NCBI GenBank assembly: GCA_028534125.1
Contig: CM052816.1
Coordinates: 1,426,001-1,490,000, forward strand
Origin: Lama glama
Lineage: Eukaryota
Direction of reading: 5' to 3'
DNA: 64,000 nt
This document shows positions 23,291-35,429 of the stretch, piece by piece. The first letter of the stretch is position 1. Every line of letters begins with the position of its first letter. A model generated the notes under the pieces. It worked only from the letters and a program-made list of their open reading frames with translations. It was not told the origin of the DNA and ran no database searches. Both the position numbers and the translations under genes were made by a program.

Positions 23291-24949
23291 ATCTAGTCTA
23301 ACCCTCTCATTTCACATGCGGGAATCCCAAGGCCCAGAGAGAGGGAAGGGATCTACTTAAGGCAGAGCCAGGGTCCTGGAGATTTGACTCCACTCCCATG
23401 GCTCTTTTTTGCCACTGCTGTCATTCATTTCTTTAGCCTGGCCCTGGCTCTGAGTCTGAATCCCAGCTTTGGATAACCAGACGTGTGACCTTGGGCAACG
23501 TTCATAAACTCTTTCAGTCTCCATTTTTTCATTCGAGACCAGGGCATACAAGCTTTCTATTTCCTGAGATAACACACAGCAACATAGATGGTTGCAAAAA
23601 TGAAAGGAGTCATAGTCTGAAATGCTTAGGCTGAGACCTGGCTCATAAAAAACACTCAGCCAAAGGCAGCACTATTATACTGATGTCCTCTGTAATTTTA
23701 TGTGTATTAATCTTACCCTCCCCCATCTCCAGATTTCATAAGGGAAAGGGCTATCCCCTCCCAGTGGTTCTTTAACTGTTTGGATCCTAGACCTTATTGA
23801 GAATCCACTGAAAGCTGTGGACACGTCGCTGTACTGCAGGCTTTTCCTGAATTCCTTATAGGGGCTTCCTCAGTGCCAAGTTCCTGGCAGGGCCCCTTGA
23901 TCAATTGATCTTCAGCCTGTTACTTCTTATTTTCATTTGCTGAGCCTCTCTGCTGCGAACTCTATCTTAGTGTAACTTCTTTCACTCTTGGGCAACAGAA
24001 CTAATCCAGTGTTTCCCCATTCATCAGGGGGCAGAAGCCGCACTGAGTAAAGTGAATGGACGCCGGCCTCTCTCGTCCTCCTGAAGTTCACAGTCTAAGA
24101 CGAATAACGGGAATGCGCATCTGAGGATACTGAGAATCGTGCCTGCTGTTGAACAGCGATGTGAGTTAAATGAGGAGACACACAAATAGACAACAAGGGT
24201 CTCAAATTTCTCCATCCTTCCTCTTCTTCCTCTTTTGTGCTCTTTGAATCAAACCATGCAACCCCTTTTGGGCGATTTTCTCTTGTGGTGACCACCAAGT
24301 TCACAAAGGTCTAAAGGAAGGGATGGGAACCTTTTTCCTTGGGGGCATGTAAAAATTATATCTGGACAAAGCGGTAGAGTCCGGCTTTGGAGAGGACAGA
24401 CCAGGTCCCTGGGGAGCAAGGCAAGGAAGTGATGTCATAGAGTGATTTCTGTCTTCTCTGGCAGAGGTGACCGGGTAGGACCCTGGGATGGGGGTGGGCG
24501 TGCTGGGAAATGGGTGTGACATCACTTCGGACCCCGTGGGCATGGCGAAGGAGGCGGCAGTGTGAGAAAGAGGTGGTTTCCCTTGCCCGTCTCTATTGTG
24601 TACTGAGGAATGCTGGGACAGGAAATGCTCAGCCTTTCTCCACTGTTTACTGGATGCCAAACTGGCAAATTTGGAAGTTTGCCTTGGGAGCCGTGGAACG
24701 TTGAAGGGAGAAGGAGGAGGAGCCTTGGTTTTCTGCCTCTTGTGGGACGGCCCTGGTAAGTGCTCAGGGGCAGGGTGTGTGGAGGATTTTGTGGGAACTT
24801 CTAGATAGGAGCGCCTGGAATAATGGCAGGTAGCTGCATGGTGTGAATTGCAAGTTTTTGGAAGGGCTTCCAAAGATTTCCCCAGTCTTTCAGAGAGCCG
24901 TCCGTTTAGAGGTAAGCACTGCTCTCTTCTGATAGCCCTATTTTAATTC

Positions 24950-25160
24950 ACTATGAGTGCAGTTATGCACCAAGCATGTGCCATGCTAATTCACAGGTGT
25001 CTCATTTAATCCTCCAAACAACACTTTTGTGGAAGGCCCTGTTGGCTCCCATTTACGGGTGAGGAAACTGAGGATAGGAGAGATTAATTAACTTGCTCAA
25101 AATTATTCAGAGATGGGATTAGAGCAGAGGTAGTTTGACTCAAAATTGATACTTTTCACC
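24950..25160 (-). mobile_element. MIR SINE
   Basis: ctcatttaatcctc...cccatttacgggtgaggaaactgagg. Confidence 0.75.
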
Positions 25161-25477
25161 TCCCAGATAACCCAAGCTTGGCTGCAGGTTGATCTCACTG
25201 ATAAGCACAATGACAGGAATTTCTGGGCATCTCAGCAGGCCAGAGACATGGATCTGGAATGGCAGAAGTTGTTCTGGCCTGTGTGCTACCATGCAGTGCA
25301 AACACAGGCCCTTCTCTGGTGTTGGATATGATGAGGATTACATCTCTCCTCCTAACCCCTCTCTGGGAACCTCAAGTGAGGTCAAGGGCTTGTATCAGGC
25401 TTGAGCCTTAATTCTTCCAAGAAGAAGGGTAGAAAACCTGATCCAATGATTGTCTTTAAGGACTGCAAAGGTTATTG

Positions 25478-26095
25478 ATCTGGAGGAAACTCTAATTTGA
25501 AAAGATACATGCACCCTAATGTTCATAGCAGTACTATTTACAATAGCCAAGACGTGGAAAACACCCAGACGCCCATCAACAGACGACTGGATAAAGAAGT
25601 TGCGGTATATTTGCACAACGGAATACTACTCAGCCATAAAAAACAATAAAATAATGCCATCTGTAGCAACATGGATGGACCTGGAGAATGCCATTCTAAG
25701 CGAAGTAAGCCACAAAGAGAAAGAAAAATACCATATGAGATCGCTCATATGTGGAATCTAAAAAAATAAAATGACAAACGAACTAATTTATAAAACAGAA
25801 ACAAACTCAAACAAATTTATGGTTACTGGGGTGGGGGGCTGGGAGGAAGGGATAAACTGGAGCTGGAGATTTGCAGATGCTAACTACTATATATAAAATA
25901 GATAAACAACAAGTTCATACTGTATAGTACAGGGAACTATATTCAATATCTTGCAGTAACTTATGGGGAAAAAGAATATGAACACAAATATATGTATGTT
26001 CATGTATGACTGAAGCATTGTGCCGTACACCAGAAATTGACACAACAAATTTACAAATTGTAAACTGACTATACTTCAATAAAATATATATATAC
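25478..26095 (+). mobile_element. Lineage-specific L1 3' end (ORF2 end plus 3' UTR)
   Basis: [28 protein letters not shown]...MPSVATWMDLENAILSEVS; 3' end ...taaactgactatacttcaataaaa. Confidence 0.92.
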
Positions 26096-27195
26096 AATGG
26101 GGGAAAATATTAGTTATTATTAATGTTTTGTATAACCTTAAAAAGTTACGTCAGATTTCTCAGTATCTGGAGTATTTAGGTACAGATTTTCCTAGCTGAT
26201 CTCTCAGTAACACTTTCAACCCTTTACTTGCCAGTTGATGTAACTGATTTCTTTTTTTTTCTCCTGCTATAAATAGCCCAGAACAAAAAGTGACTGGGAA
26301 AATAATATGAAGAACACTAGCACTTGTTGAGAACTTCCTGTGGGCTAACTGTGTGCTAGGCAACACCCCACGTTATTTCTGCCTACCTGATAGAATTCTT
26401 GGGTTTAAATGAGGTAGTGCATATAAAGCAGAAATAATGTATCTGGCCTTTGAGAAGCAACTTGTGAGACTGGCTCTACTGTATCTAGAGGGCCCAGGAC
26501 ATGCTGGAAATACTTCTTCACGCAGAGAACTCAAAGCGAAGTCAGAGACCCAGCCAGTGCGGGTGTCGCTGGGCTTGGGGAGTGAGTGTGTGGGCAGCGG
26601 GCCCTGTGAGCTTGCTGTGCGGGGGAAACAGCCTGGTCCAGCAGGCAGGGCGGCTGACTCGCGGCCTGTAATTCTTGGCCACTGGTACACTTAGTGGCAA
26701 CAGGAACTTTCCCTGTCTATCAGACCAAAGAGCTTCACAGACTATAAACCATCACATCAGAGGCCCCAGAAAGGCAGGGAAGGAAGGGGGACCCATGTGA
26801 ACCTCTGCTGGCCCCCAGTACTGCAGAGGGGACCAGACCCATGAGAAGGGAAAGAAAAAAAGGCACGAAAAGGGTGGGAGCAGTCTTCAGTGAGCACATA
26901 TTTTCAGTTAAATCCCGGGGGTGGAGTGGAAAGTGAAAAGACAAAAAAAAATTTCAGTCTGGAGCTGTTTTCTCTCAAGTCAAGCTGGGGAACTTGTCCC
27001 TAAAACAGCTGGGCATATGCCTGCTCCAGGCATAAATGTTCAGAACTTTCTTGTCACCTGAACACTTTAGAATGCTCCTTCGCTCATTCCGGAGGACTGC
27101 CCACTCTTCCTCTTCTTGGTGCGGCTCCACTGGGAACCTAGGAATTTAGAAAGAAATATGGAACTTTTTAGCCGGCAAAGGTTTGCCTATGAGGC

Positions 27196-27375
27196 CAGTG
27201 ATGCTCAAATTTACTGAGGGTAAGAGGCACCTACAGTGAGCCTTAAAATGCAGATACTTGGGTCCTAGCCCCAGATATTTTGATCCAGTAGGTCTGAAGT
27301 GAGATCCATGAATTTATGTTTTTCACAAGTGAGTCTATTGCAGAAAACCAGCAGACTGCATTTTGAGAAACATCA
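27196..27375. mobile_element. MER5-type hAT MITE
   Basis: cagtgatgctcaaa...ttaaaatgcagatacttgggtcc...cagtaggtctg...tttgagaaac. Confidence 0.65.
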
Positions 27376-27590
27376 TTTTAGTCCATCACCCCCCATGTTA
27401 CCTAACCCTAACCTTAAAACCAGAGCTTCTTGTAGGCAAAATTGTGTAGATGGAAGTTGCTTTCTTTGATTGCCTCTCTATTTCTTTAATCTTTCTATTT
27501 TCCCAGTGAATTTGCTGCTGGAAATCCATTCTCCTCTATGCAGCCCTCCCTTCCTTTCAACCTTAATCCCTGCCCAAGATCCCAATGCTC

Positions 27591-28758
27591 TCTGACAGGT
27601 GTGAGCTGATATCTCACTGTGGTTTTGATTTGTATTTCCCTAATGATTAGCGATGTTGAGCATCTTTTCATGTCTGTTGGCCATTTGTATGCCTTCTTTG
27701 GAAAAATATCTATTCAGGTCCTCTGCCCATTTTTTAATTGGGTTGTTTGTTCTTTTTATGTTGAGTTGTATGAATTCTTTGTATATTTTAGATATTAATC
27801 TCTTTTTGGATAGATCATTTGCAATTATCTTCTCCCATTCAGTAGACTGCCTTTTTGTTTTACTGATAGCTTTCTTTGCTGTGCAAAAAGCTTTTTAGCT
27901 TGATATAGTCCCATTTGTTTATTTTCGTTTTTGTTTCCCATCAAAAAGACAACAAATAACAAGTGTTGGCAAGGATGTAGTGAAAAGGGAACCCTCTTGC
28001 ACTCTTGGTGGAAATGTAAATTGGTGTATCCACTAGGGAAAACAGTATGGAGATTCCTGAAAAATTAAAAATAGAACTACCATATGATCCAGCAGTTGGA
28101 CTTCTGGGTATTTACCCGAAGAAAACAAAAACACTAACTAGAAAAGTTATATGCACTCCAATGTTCATTGCATCATTATTTACAATAGCCAAGACATGGA
28201 AGCAACATAAGTGTCCACAGACAGATGAATGGATAAATATGTGATATATGTATACACACACACACACACCCCCCCCACACACACACACCACGCACATACT
28301 GGAATATTACTCAGGTATAAAAAATAAAATCTTGCTATTTGTAACAACATGGATGGATCTAGAGGGTATTATGCTAAGTGAAATAAGTCAGAGAAAAACA
28401 AATGCTGCATGATCTCATTTATACGTGAGATCTAAAAAGCAAAACACATACAAAAGAAAAGGAAACTGGACTCAAAGGTACAGAGGACAAACAGATGGGG
28501 GAGGGCTGGTGGGGTAGACAAAATAGGTGAAGGAATTAAGAGGTACAAATCTCCAGTTATAAAACAATTAAGTCACAAGGATGTAATATACAGCATAAGG
28601 AATACGGTCAATAATACTGTAATAACTTTTGTTTGGGGACAGATGGTTACCAGCCTTATTATGGTGATCATTTTATAATGGATGCAAATGTCAAGTCATT
28701 ATGTAGCACACCTGAAACTAACATAATATTCTACAGCAGCTGTATTTCAATAAGAATA
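27591..28758 (+). mobile_element. L1 with 5' inversion (twin priming): 27591-27938 antisense, 27939-28758 sense
   Basis: The antisense and sense parts are adjacent in L1 ORF2 coordinates; flanking repeats aagatcccaatgct (27576-27589) and aagctcccagtgct (28759-28772). Confidence 0.9.
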
Positions 28759-29357
28759 AAGCTCCCAGTGCTTTCACATTGCCTCCGGCCACAGCGATCG
28801 TGACCTTTCCAACCCTTGGTTCTTGGTTTAAGTCTACCTGTCCAGTGTTCCACTTCCTGAAGGCCTTGTATCAGGACAACTCTTTAAAGTGATGGCTTCC
28901 TGCCAACAGTGGATAATGACCCAATATGTTGCTCCTTCTCCCCTTTAATTTGATCGTCACTTTCTTAGCCAAAAGTGTGTGCTCCCAGGAGCCAGTCAAA
29001 CCTTTGATATTAGGGATCGTCTTCTATGGAGCCCAAGAAACGCTGATGCTAAGACCAGGGTTCCAATGATCAGTAAATATTTACTGAGCCCTCTGTTAGG
29101 GTCTGAGAGACATACAGAGATGAATAAAGAGCATTTCTTCCCTTCAGGAATCTTTATGGGAAGGTGAGTCATGGACGTGCATTCAATAATGACGTGGGAG
29201 ACTCCGGGATCTAGCTGCTTGTCAAACAAACGATGCCAACTGCATTATGAGTGTAAATTGGACTGTGTGTATAATACACTTTGTACTGGGCTTGGCGCAT
29301 AGTAGCCCTGTCAGGAATGCTGATTCTTCTTACCTCTAAGGGAGGGAGAGATTTTCC

Positions 29358-29468
29358 TTTTCTTCTTTTTTTTTTCTTCCAGTTGAAGTGTAGTCAGTTA
29401 CAATTTCTGGTGTACATCACAATGTCCCAGTCACGCATATAGATACATATATTCGTTTTCATATTCTG
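29358..29468 (-). mobile_element. Very short L1 3' end with poly(T) tract
   Basis: T-tract plus gttgaagtgtagtcagttacaatttctggtgtac; diverged flanks gggagagattttc / ggagagagttttc. Confidence 0.75.
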
Positions 29469-29631
29469 AGTGGGAGAGAGTTTTCAGGGCTGGAGTAGGT
29501 TAGCTGGTCTCCACTGAAGAGGGGTTCTCTCTTTGCGGCTCTGGGCGCATACTCAATTTGTAGAGACATTTTTCAACTCCATAAATGTACCCACTTTTGT
29601 TCAGAACTGATTTCTATTAAGAAAAAAATTA

Positions 29632-29851
29632 CAGTTGGCCCTTGAACAATGGGGGCAGAGGTGAGAGGGCGGAGGAGGGCTTTACGAGTGGCAAGGGAGG
29701 TTTACAGTCAGCCCTGGCCCTCTGTATTCATGGTTTCTATTCAACTAAGCAGAGGTTATGTAGTTCTGTACAAAGTACATATTTATTGAAACAAATATGT
29801 GTACAAGTGGACCCACACAGTTCAAACTCTTGTCGCTCCAAGGGTCAACTG
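29632..29851. mobile_element. Tigger2-family (MER8-like) MITE
   Basis: TIRs CAGTTGGCCCTTG...CAAGGGTCAACTG flanked by TA on both sides (29630-29631, 29852-29853). Confidence 0.85.
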
Positions 29852-32335
29852 TATTCAGGCAGGTCTCCTGGGACCCAGCTGATCCACACGTTTTTACTAG
29901 CTGTGTGCATGCAGAAGGAGAGAGAATCAGACATGTAGAGTTGTGCAGCCCTCCCCTCATCTCACAGATGACGGAACGGAGACCAGACAAGTGACATGAC
30001 TGCAGTCACTCAGAGCCAGAGCCAGGACGGAGGCCTCTAACATCCAGCCCCAAACTCTTAAAAATAAATATACTTAAAATATCTACATATTACTTGCATT
30101 ATTAAACCAGTAAACAAATAAAAATTGCTTTTAAAAAATTATCAAAGTATACTGTACTTACGGCAAAGCTATAGAAAGGTACAGAAAACGAAAAGGAAAT
30201 CAACTTTTTATTCCACCATCCAGAGAGGGCATCCCTGTAAACACTCTGGCAAATGTTTTTTAGGCTTTGTATACACACACGCATCTTGCTTGGGCCCCTG
30301 GCCTCCATTCTACACCCGTTTATATCCACAGCTGTTCTCTGAGTTCCCCACCCCTCAGACCTAGGCTGTAGGGGTGGACACTCAGGCCCAGTCAAAGCCA
30401 ATGAGAGTCCAGGGATTCTTTTGTTATGGGATTGGAAGATGAGACTATGTACGGTTTGGAGCAAGGTCTGGCTGTGTTCCAGCCATCATGCAACCACAGT
30501 GAGGGCATCTGTCTGGGTGTGCAGCTAAGTGCAACTGAGTGATATTGTCCGTCCTTCCCACGCACTCGCACAGGACTCCCCAAAACAATCCCTGTGCATT
30601 AGAGCAGCTAGCTGACTGTTACCAGTGTATTCGATTCCTAGTAGAGGGACTTTGAGCAAGTCACTTAATCTCTCTGGGCCCAATTTCCTCATCTGTAAAA
30701 TGGGATAATACTTGGGAGGATATAGTGAGTATAATGTAGTAGGAGGAGAATAAATTACTACTATCAGTACCAGTAATAATTCGATTTACAGCTGCCTCTA
30801 TTAATTGTTTGCTGTGATCAAGACTCATGCCAAGCAGTTTAATATGTTGTTTCACTTAATCTTCACAGCCACAGAGAGTGGAAGGGGGATCTGCGTGTGG
30901 CTGCTTGTGCAACAGTAAAGGAATGTACTGCAGGACCAGATTCCAACTGTGCTGGTTCCTGTCACAGTCATTTTGCTAACCGATCCCTTCTGTCCTCTGA
31001 ATGTTTGGGAGGCGGATCTTGGTGCATTTCAGAGTCTCTTGGCTGGGGGCCACCTTTGCCCTCTACTGGGGACAGGACACTGGTTCCAAACCAGAGAGTG
31101 GGAAGCGCTTTTTGGACTGTCGCCAAGAGGCTGGGACACAGGCCAGAGCCCTCTCTGTCTGCAGCGCCCCTCTTCCTGGCTGTGCCCCAGGGTTCCCTAG
31201 GTAACCACGGGGACGCGGCACAGATTTATGACCCCGCTGCTCCTGAGCAAGTACCTGACATGTTCTGTCTGAGAGCGATGGTGTCTGGCTCTCAGATGAC
31301 TCATCAGGAGGAGAACAGACACACGTGGGCGGCACAAGAGAAAGGAAAACCCACTTCTCACCTCCCCGAAGCAAGGAGACTGGGAGGAACTGCTCCATCA
31401 CACAGGCTGTTAAAAAGGCAGATGTGCAACGCTCCCACGTTATAGATGGGGACACTGAGGCTCTGCTCCATCTGCTCCTTCATGTATTACATGAACACTG
31501 GTTGAGCTTTGTGCCAGGAGGGGTTATACCATGTGGGGAACACAAACATGGAAAAAACACAGACTCTGCCATCAACCGTGCTGCTGACTAAGCAAGGGGA
31601 TAGACACGGAACAGGGAACCACCATCCGGGTGGGAAGCTGAAGTGCGGGAGGGCTCCGAGAGTTAGCAGGTCGACCTGCTGTGGACCTCCTTCTTTTAGC
31701 AGCTGCGAGGTGCTGAGGGCAGCTGACATGAACCGTAAACCAAAAGCTTGTAGATTTTTATCAAGGTAACATCTGGGTGACTTTAAGAAGCTGAATGATA
31801 CAGAATTGAAATACATTTTACAGCAGGTCCATTGGTTCGTGCTGGTATTCAGCAAGTTTTATTTATTCCCTTACGAAGTATTGCTCTTATTGGGATTCCA
31901 TTTGGCCTACTTGGCTGATGCTGGAGGCAGGAAGGGATGCACCTGCGAAGAAGTCCCCTCACTTCCCCTCCAAGGAAGGAAAGCCCACTGCTCTGAGGCA
32001 GAGGGAGGAAAATAAGATTTAGCTGGGACCTTGCAGAGAGCTGGGGTCCTTGCAGAGAGCTGAACTATTTTTGGTCCCCACTCCTTGGGAGCTTGTTGAA
32101 ATAATACATATGTTTTACAGAGTGAATATTTCTACATTAATGTGCATATTTAAAAATAATACTAATATGTCCATGTGTCAGTGTTCCACTTCAAAGTGGT
32201 CACCTCAGGAGGCGATGAGCTTGTTTCAATAATCGAATTAAAGCTTTTTTTCCTCCTCAGCATTGTTCTCAAACAGGTGCAAATTTTTATGATCATCACG
32301 GTGGAGTCAAACACTCATTATTAAAGAGATTTTTA

Positions 32336-32550
32336 CTGCTAGATACGATATATAAAAATAGATTAAAAAATTTCTTCTGTATAGCACAGGGAACTATGCT
32401 CAATAACTTGTAATAACCTTTAATGAAAAAGAATATGAAAACGAATATATCTATGTATAGGCATGACTGGGATATTGCGCTGTACACCAGAAACTGACAC
32501 ATTGTAACTGACTGTACTTTAATAAAAAAAAACAAACTAACTTTTCTTTT
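32336..32550 (+). mobile_element. Short lineage-specific L1 3' end
   Basis: ctgtatagcacagggaactat...ctgtacaccagaaactgacacattgtaactgactgtactttaataaaaaa; flanks aaagagattttta / aaagaagattttta. Confidence 0.85.
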
Positions 32551-32599
32551 TAAAAAGAAGATTTTTAGAAGCAATCATTTGTCCTTATGAAGACATTTA

Positions 32600-32830
32600 A
32601 CCCTGGTCCTTGGCCCGTCTGTCCCAGATCCCTTCCATGACTTCCCCTGTGCTGTTCTATGTGTCTAGGGGCTGACCCCTGACTCCAGGATACAGTTCCC
32701 AGGTGCCCTGGTCATCTGGCTTCCAGCTGGGTTTGGTCAGTGATGGGCATGGCGGGAAGGAGATAAAAAGGAGAAATCAGGACACTTCTTCTTTCATAGG
32801 GGTACTGCTCCACTAGACAGGTCCAGTAGT
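32600..32830 (+). mobile_element. LTR33-like ERVL LTR fragment
   Basis: ccagatcccttcc...ggggctgacccct...ctggcttccagctgggtttggtcagtg; a related copy lies at about 50900-51110. Confidence 0.55.
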
Positions 32831-32833
32831 ATC

Positions 32834-33155
32834 TACCTGTACCTGTGCCTCTATCTCTCCCTGTACCCTCTACCTGTACCTGTACCTCTGCCTGTCTCTA
32901 CCTCTACCTCTATCTCTACCTGTACCTGTATCTCTACCTGTCTCTGCCTCTACCTGTATCTGTACCTCTACCTGTACCTCTACCTCTACCTGTACTTGTA
33001 CCTGTGTCTGTACTGCTACCTCTATCTCTACCTGTACCTCTACCTGTACTTGTACCTGTGTCTGTACCTCTACCTCTATCTCTGCCTCTACCTGTACTTG
33101 TATCTGTACCTGTAGCTCTACCTGTCTCTGCCTCTACCTCTCCCATCTCTATCTA
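32834..33155. repeat. Degenerate hexamer tandem array, consensus TACCT(G/C)
   Basis: About 50 units of tacctg/tacctc/tatctc/tacttg/tgtctg/tgcctc read directly. Confidence 0.95.
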
Positions 33156-33199
33156 ACCATATCTATCCATATATATCCCAATGGCTTGCTATATGCCAG

Positions 33200-34470
33200 C
33201 ATGAACTTGCTATAAAACACAATACAAAAGAGATTTTACTCACAATAGTAACCAAATATGTCATACCCAGCACTCACTTTCACAAGAAATGTATAAGACC
33301 TAAATGAAGACAATGACAAGACTTCAGTGAGGAGCATGAAAGAGGACTTGAATAAATGGGAAGATATACTATGCTTCTGGAAGTACTGTAAAGATGTTGA
33401 TGCCCCACAATTTAATCTATTAATTTAAGGCAATTCTATCCAAAATATCAATGGGATTTGGAAGGAACTTAACAAAATGATTCCAAAGTGCTTCTGGAAG
33501 GATAAATGCTTAGGAATAGCCAACATTTTTTTGAAAAACGAGGGTTATGTGTAGGGAATTGCCCGACCAAATGAATATGCTTGATAATGTGACTGGCAAA
33601 GGGTTAGGCTGGCAGGTCATTGGAATAGAATAGATCATCTAAAACCAGATCCAACTGTGCATGAAAATTAATATGCGATAAAGGTGACATTTTCATGCTT
33701 CACAAATGCTGTCAATTTGGGGAAAAAAGTTACAGCTTTACTTCTCACCTTGCATAAAATATAAATTCCACATAAATTAGAGATTTAAATATGAATATCT
33801 AAACCATAAAAATACTAAAAGAAAGCATAAGTGCATGGTTTTTGCTCCTTAGGGTTAGGGAAATTCTCTTCGGCAGTGGCATTAACATCAGAAACAATAA
33901 AAGAGAGACTATGAATATAAATAAAAAATGTAAAACTTATGTGGCAAAACCTTCCACATTATCAAGTTAAAACACAAGGATATATTCAAAACATACATTC
34001 AACTTATGTGAATAGTAGATAATTAATGTTAGAGATTTAAAAAATCCTTATAGATCAATCATGAAAAGATGAATAACATTCAAATAAAAACATAAAAAAG
34101 GACATGAATGGATAAACCTTAATTAAAATACATGGATGATCAATAATCATACAAAAATTTGTGGTGTATTAATAAAAGAAATGCCAGTTGCATAACAACG
34201 ATATCTGGGTTTTTTACCTACTGGGCAGATAGAAAAGAATAAAACAGAGTCTAAAAAGTCTGAAAAAGGTGAGAGAAAACTGTCTCACACAGTGATGGTG
34301 GGCGTGTAAACTAGCACATTGCTACAGGGCGTTTGACAAGATGTGTCAAAGGACTTGAAAATATGGAAGCCCTTTAACACAGCAGTCCCACATGTCGGCA
34401 TTTACCTTAAGAAAACAAGCAAACAAATGCATGAAGATCTGTTCATCACAGTTTTGATGTAAAAGCAAAG

Positions 34471-34504
<34 letters not shown>

Positions 34505-34850
34505 GCAAACCTGACTGGAAGCAGCCTAAATGTCTGCCAGGAGGGGCCCCGTTGAGACATTCCCATACATCCACACAGAAATGCCACGCGGCCATCTAAC
34601 GACAATGACGTAAAATCATGGCATCATATATGTTTAATGACATTCTGTCCATAAAATATGGAAAGTGAAAAAAACCAGGATGCCAAGCCCTACAACTCGA
34701 CTTTTAGAATATGTAAATGTCTAAATGCTTTAATAAGAGGCGATACACATGTAGGCAAACGCATTAGCTGAGATTACGTCTGAGTAGGTGCAGGGATTAT
34801 AGGTGACCTCATAGCTTTCCATAGTTTCTGAGTGTTTTCTCTTCTTTTTT
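33200..34850 (+). mobile_element. Old, highly diverged L1 (ORF2 end to 3' UTR)
   Basis: aataaatgggaagatatactatgcttctgg, aaattagagatttaaatatg and gatggtgggcgtgtaaactag motifs in L1 order. Confidence 0.7.
34472..34502. repeat. (CA)n microsatellite
   Basis: About 15 perfect CA units. Confidence 0.95.
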
Positions 34851-35429
34851 TAAACAACAGACATGTAATCGGCTGTCTCCCTCTCCCCTCCAAAAATTAT
34901 TTGAAAGATCAGTGTCGGCTGGCGTCAAGTCTGTTAAATCACAGAATCAAGATGGAAGGCTTTTTACTCAGAGACTTACTAAAGCTGTAATTGTCCATTT
35001 CCCACAAACGTGGTGGCCCATTTTGTTCCTTCTGCTAGAACTATTCTTTCCAAGCTGCCTTCCTCCTAAGGGTCCCAGTCCTCTCCACCTACTACAGCCC
35101 TACAGCTGCTGAGGGTCAGCGAAGTCCCGGAGGACCTCCCCCGGCCCTTGCTCCATCCTCAGTGCTCCCACAGCACCATGGGCGCCTGCCGCTGGGGGTC
35201 ATGGCTTCTTGGGATCTTGTTGTTCTATTCCCCTCCCTTCACAGGGAAATCCAGGTGGGGTTTTGCAGGCTGGGATGAGAGTGGGGAAGCCCCACCTAAG
35301 GGAACAGAGACATCAAGTTGAAGAGGGGTTCAATGCTCACAACCAGAAGGCATGAATGCAGGGATTATGCAGAGACCCAGTCTCGCTAGGTGGACTTAAA
35401 ACTGAAACCAGAGACCTTGAGACCTACCA

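Noticed and set aside
30897..31455. 182-aa plus-strand ORF and overlapping ORFs
   Set aside because: Non-ATG start, no recognisable family, ORFs in several frames on both strands, no exon structure evident.
32845..33156. Pro/Val/Leu-rich and Gly/Thr/Arg-rich repeat proteins, or a CRISPR-like array
   Set aside because: The ORFs are by-products of a stop-free hexamer repeat. There are no constant repeats with unique spacers and no cas genes, and the DNA is mammalian.
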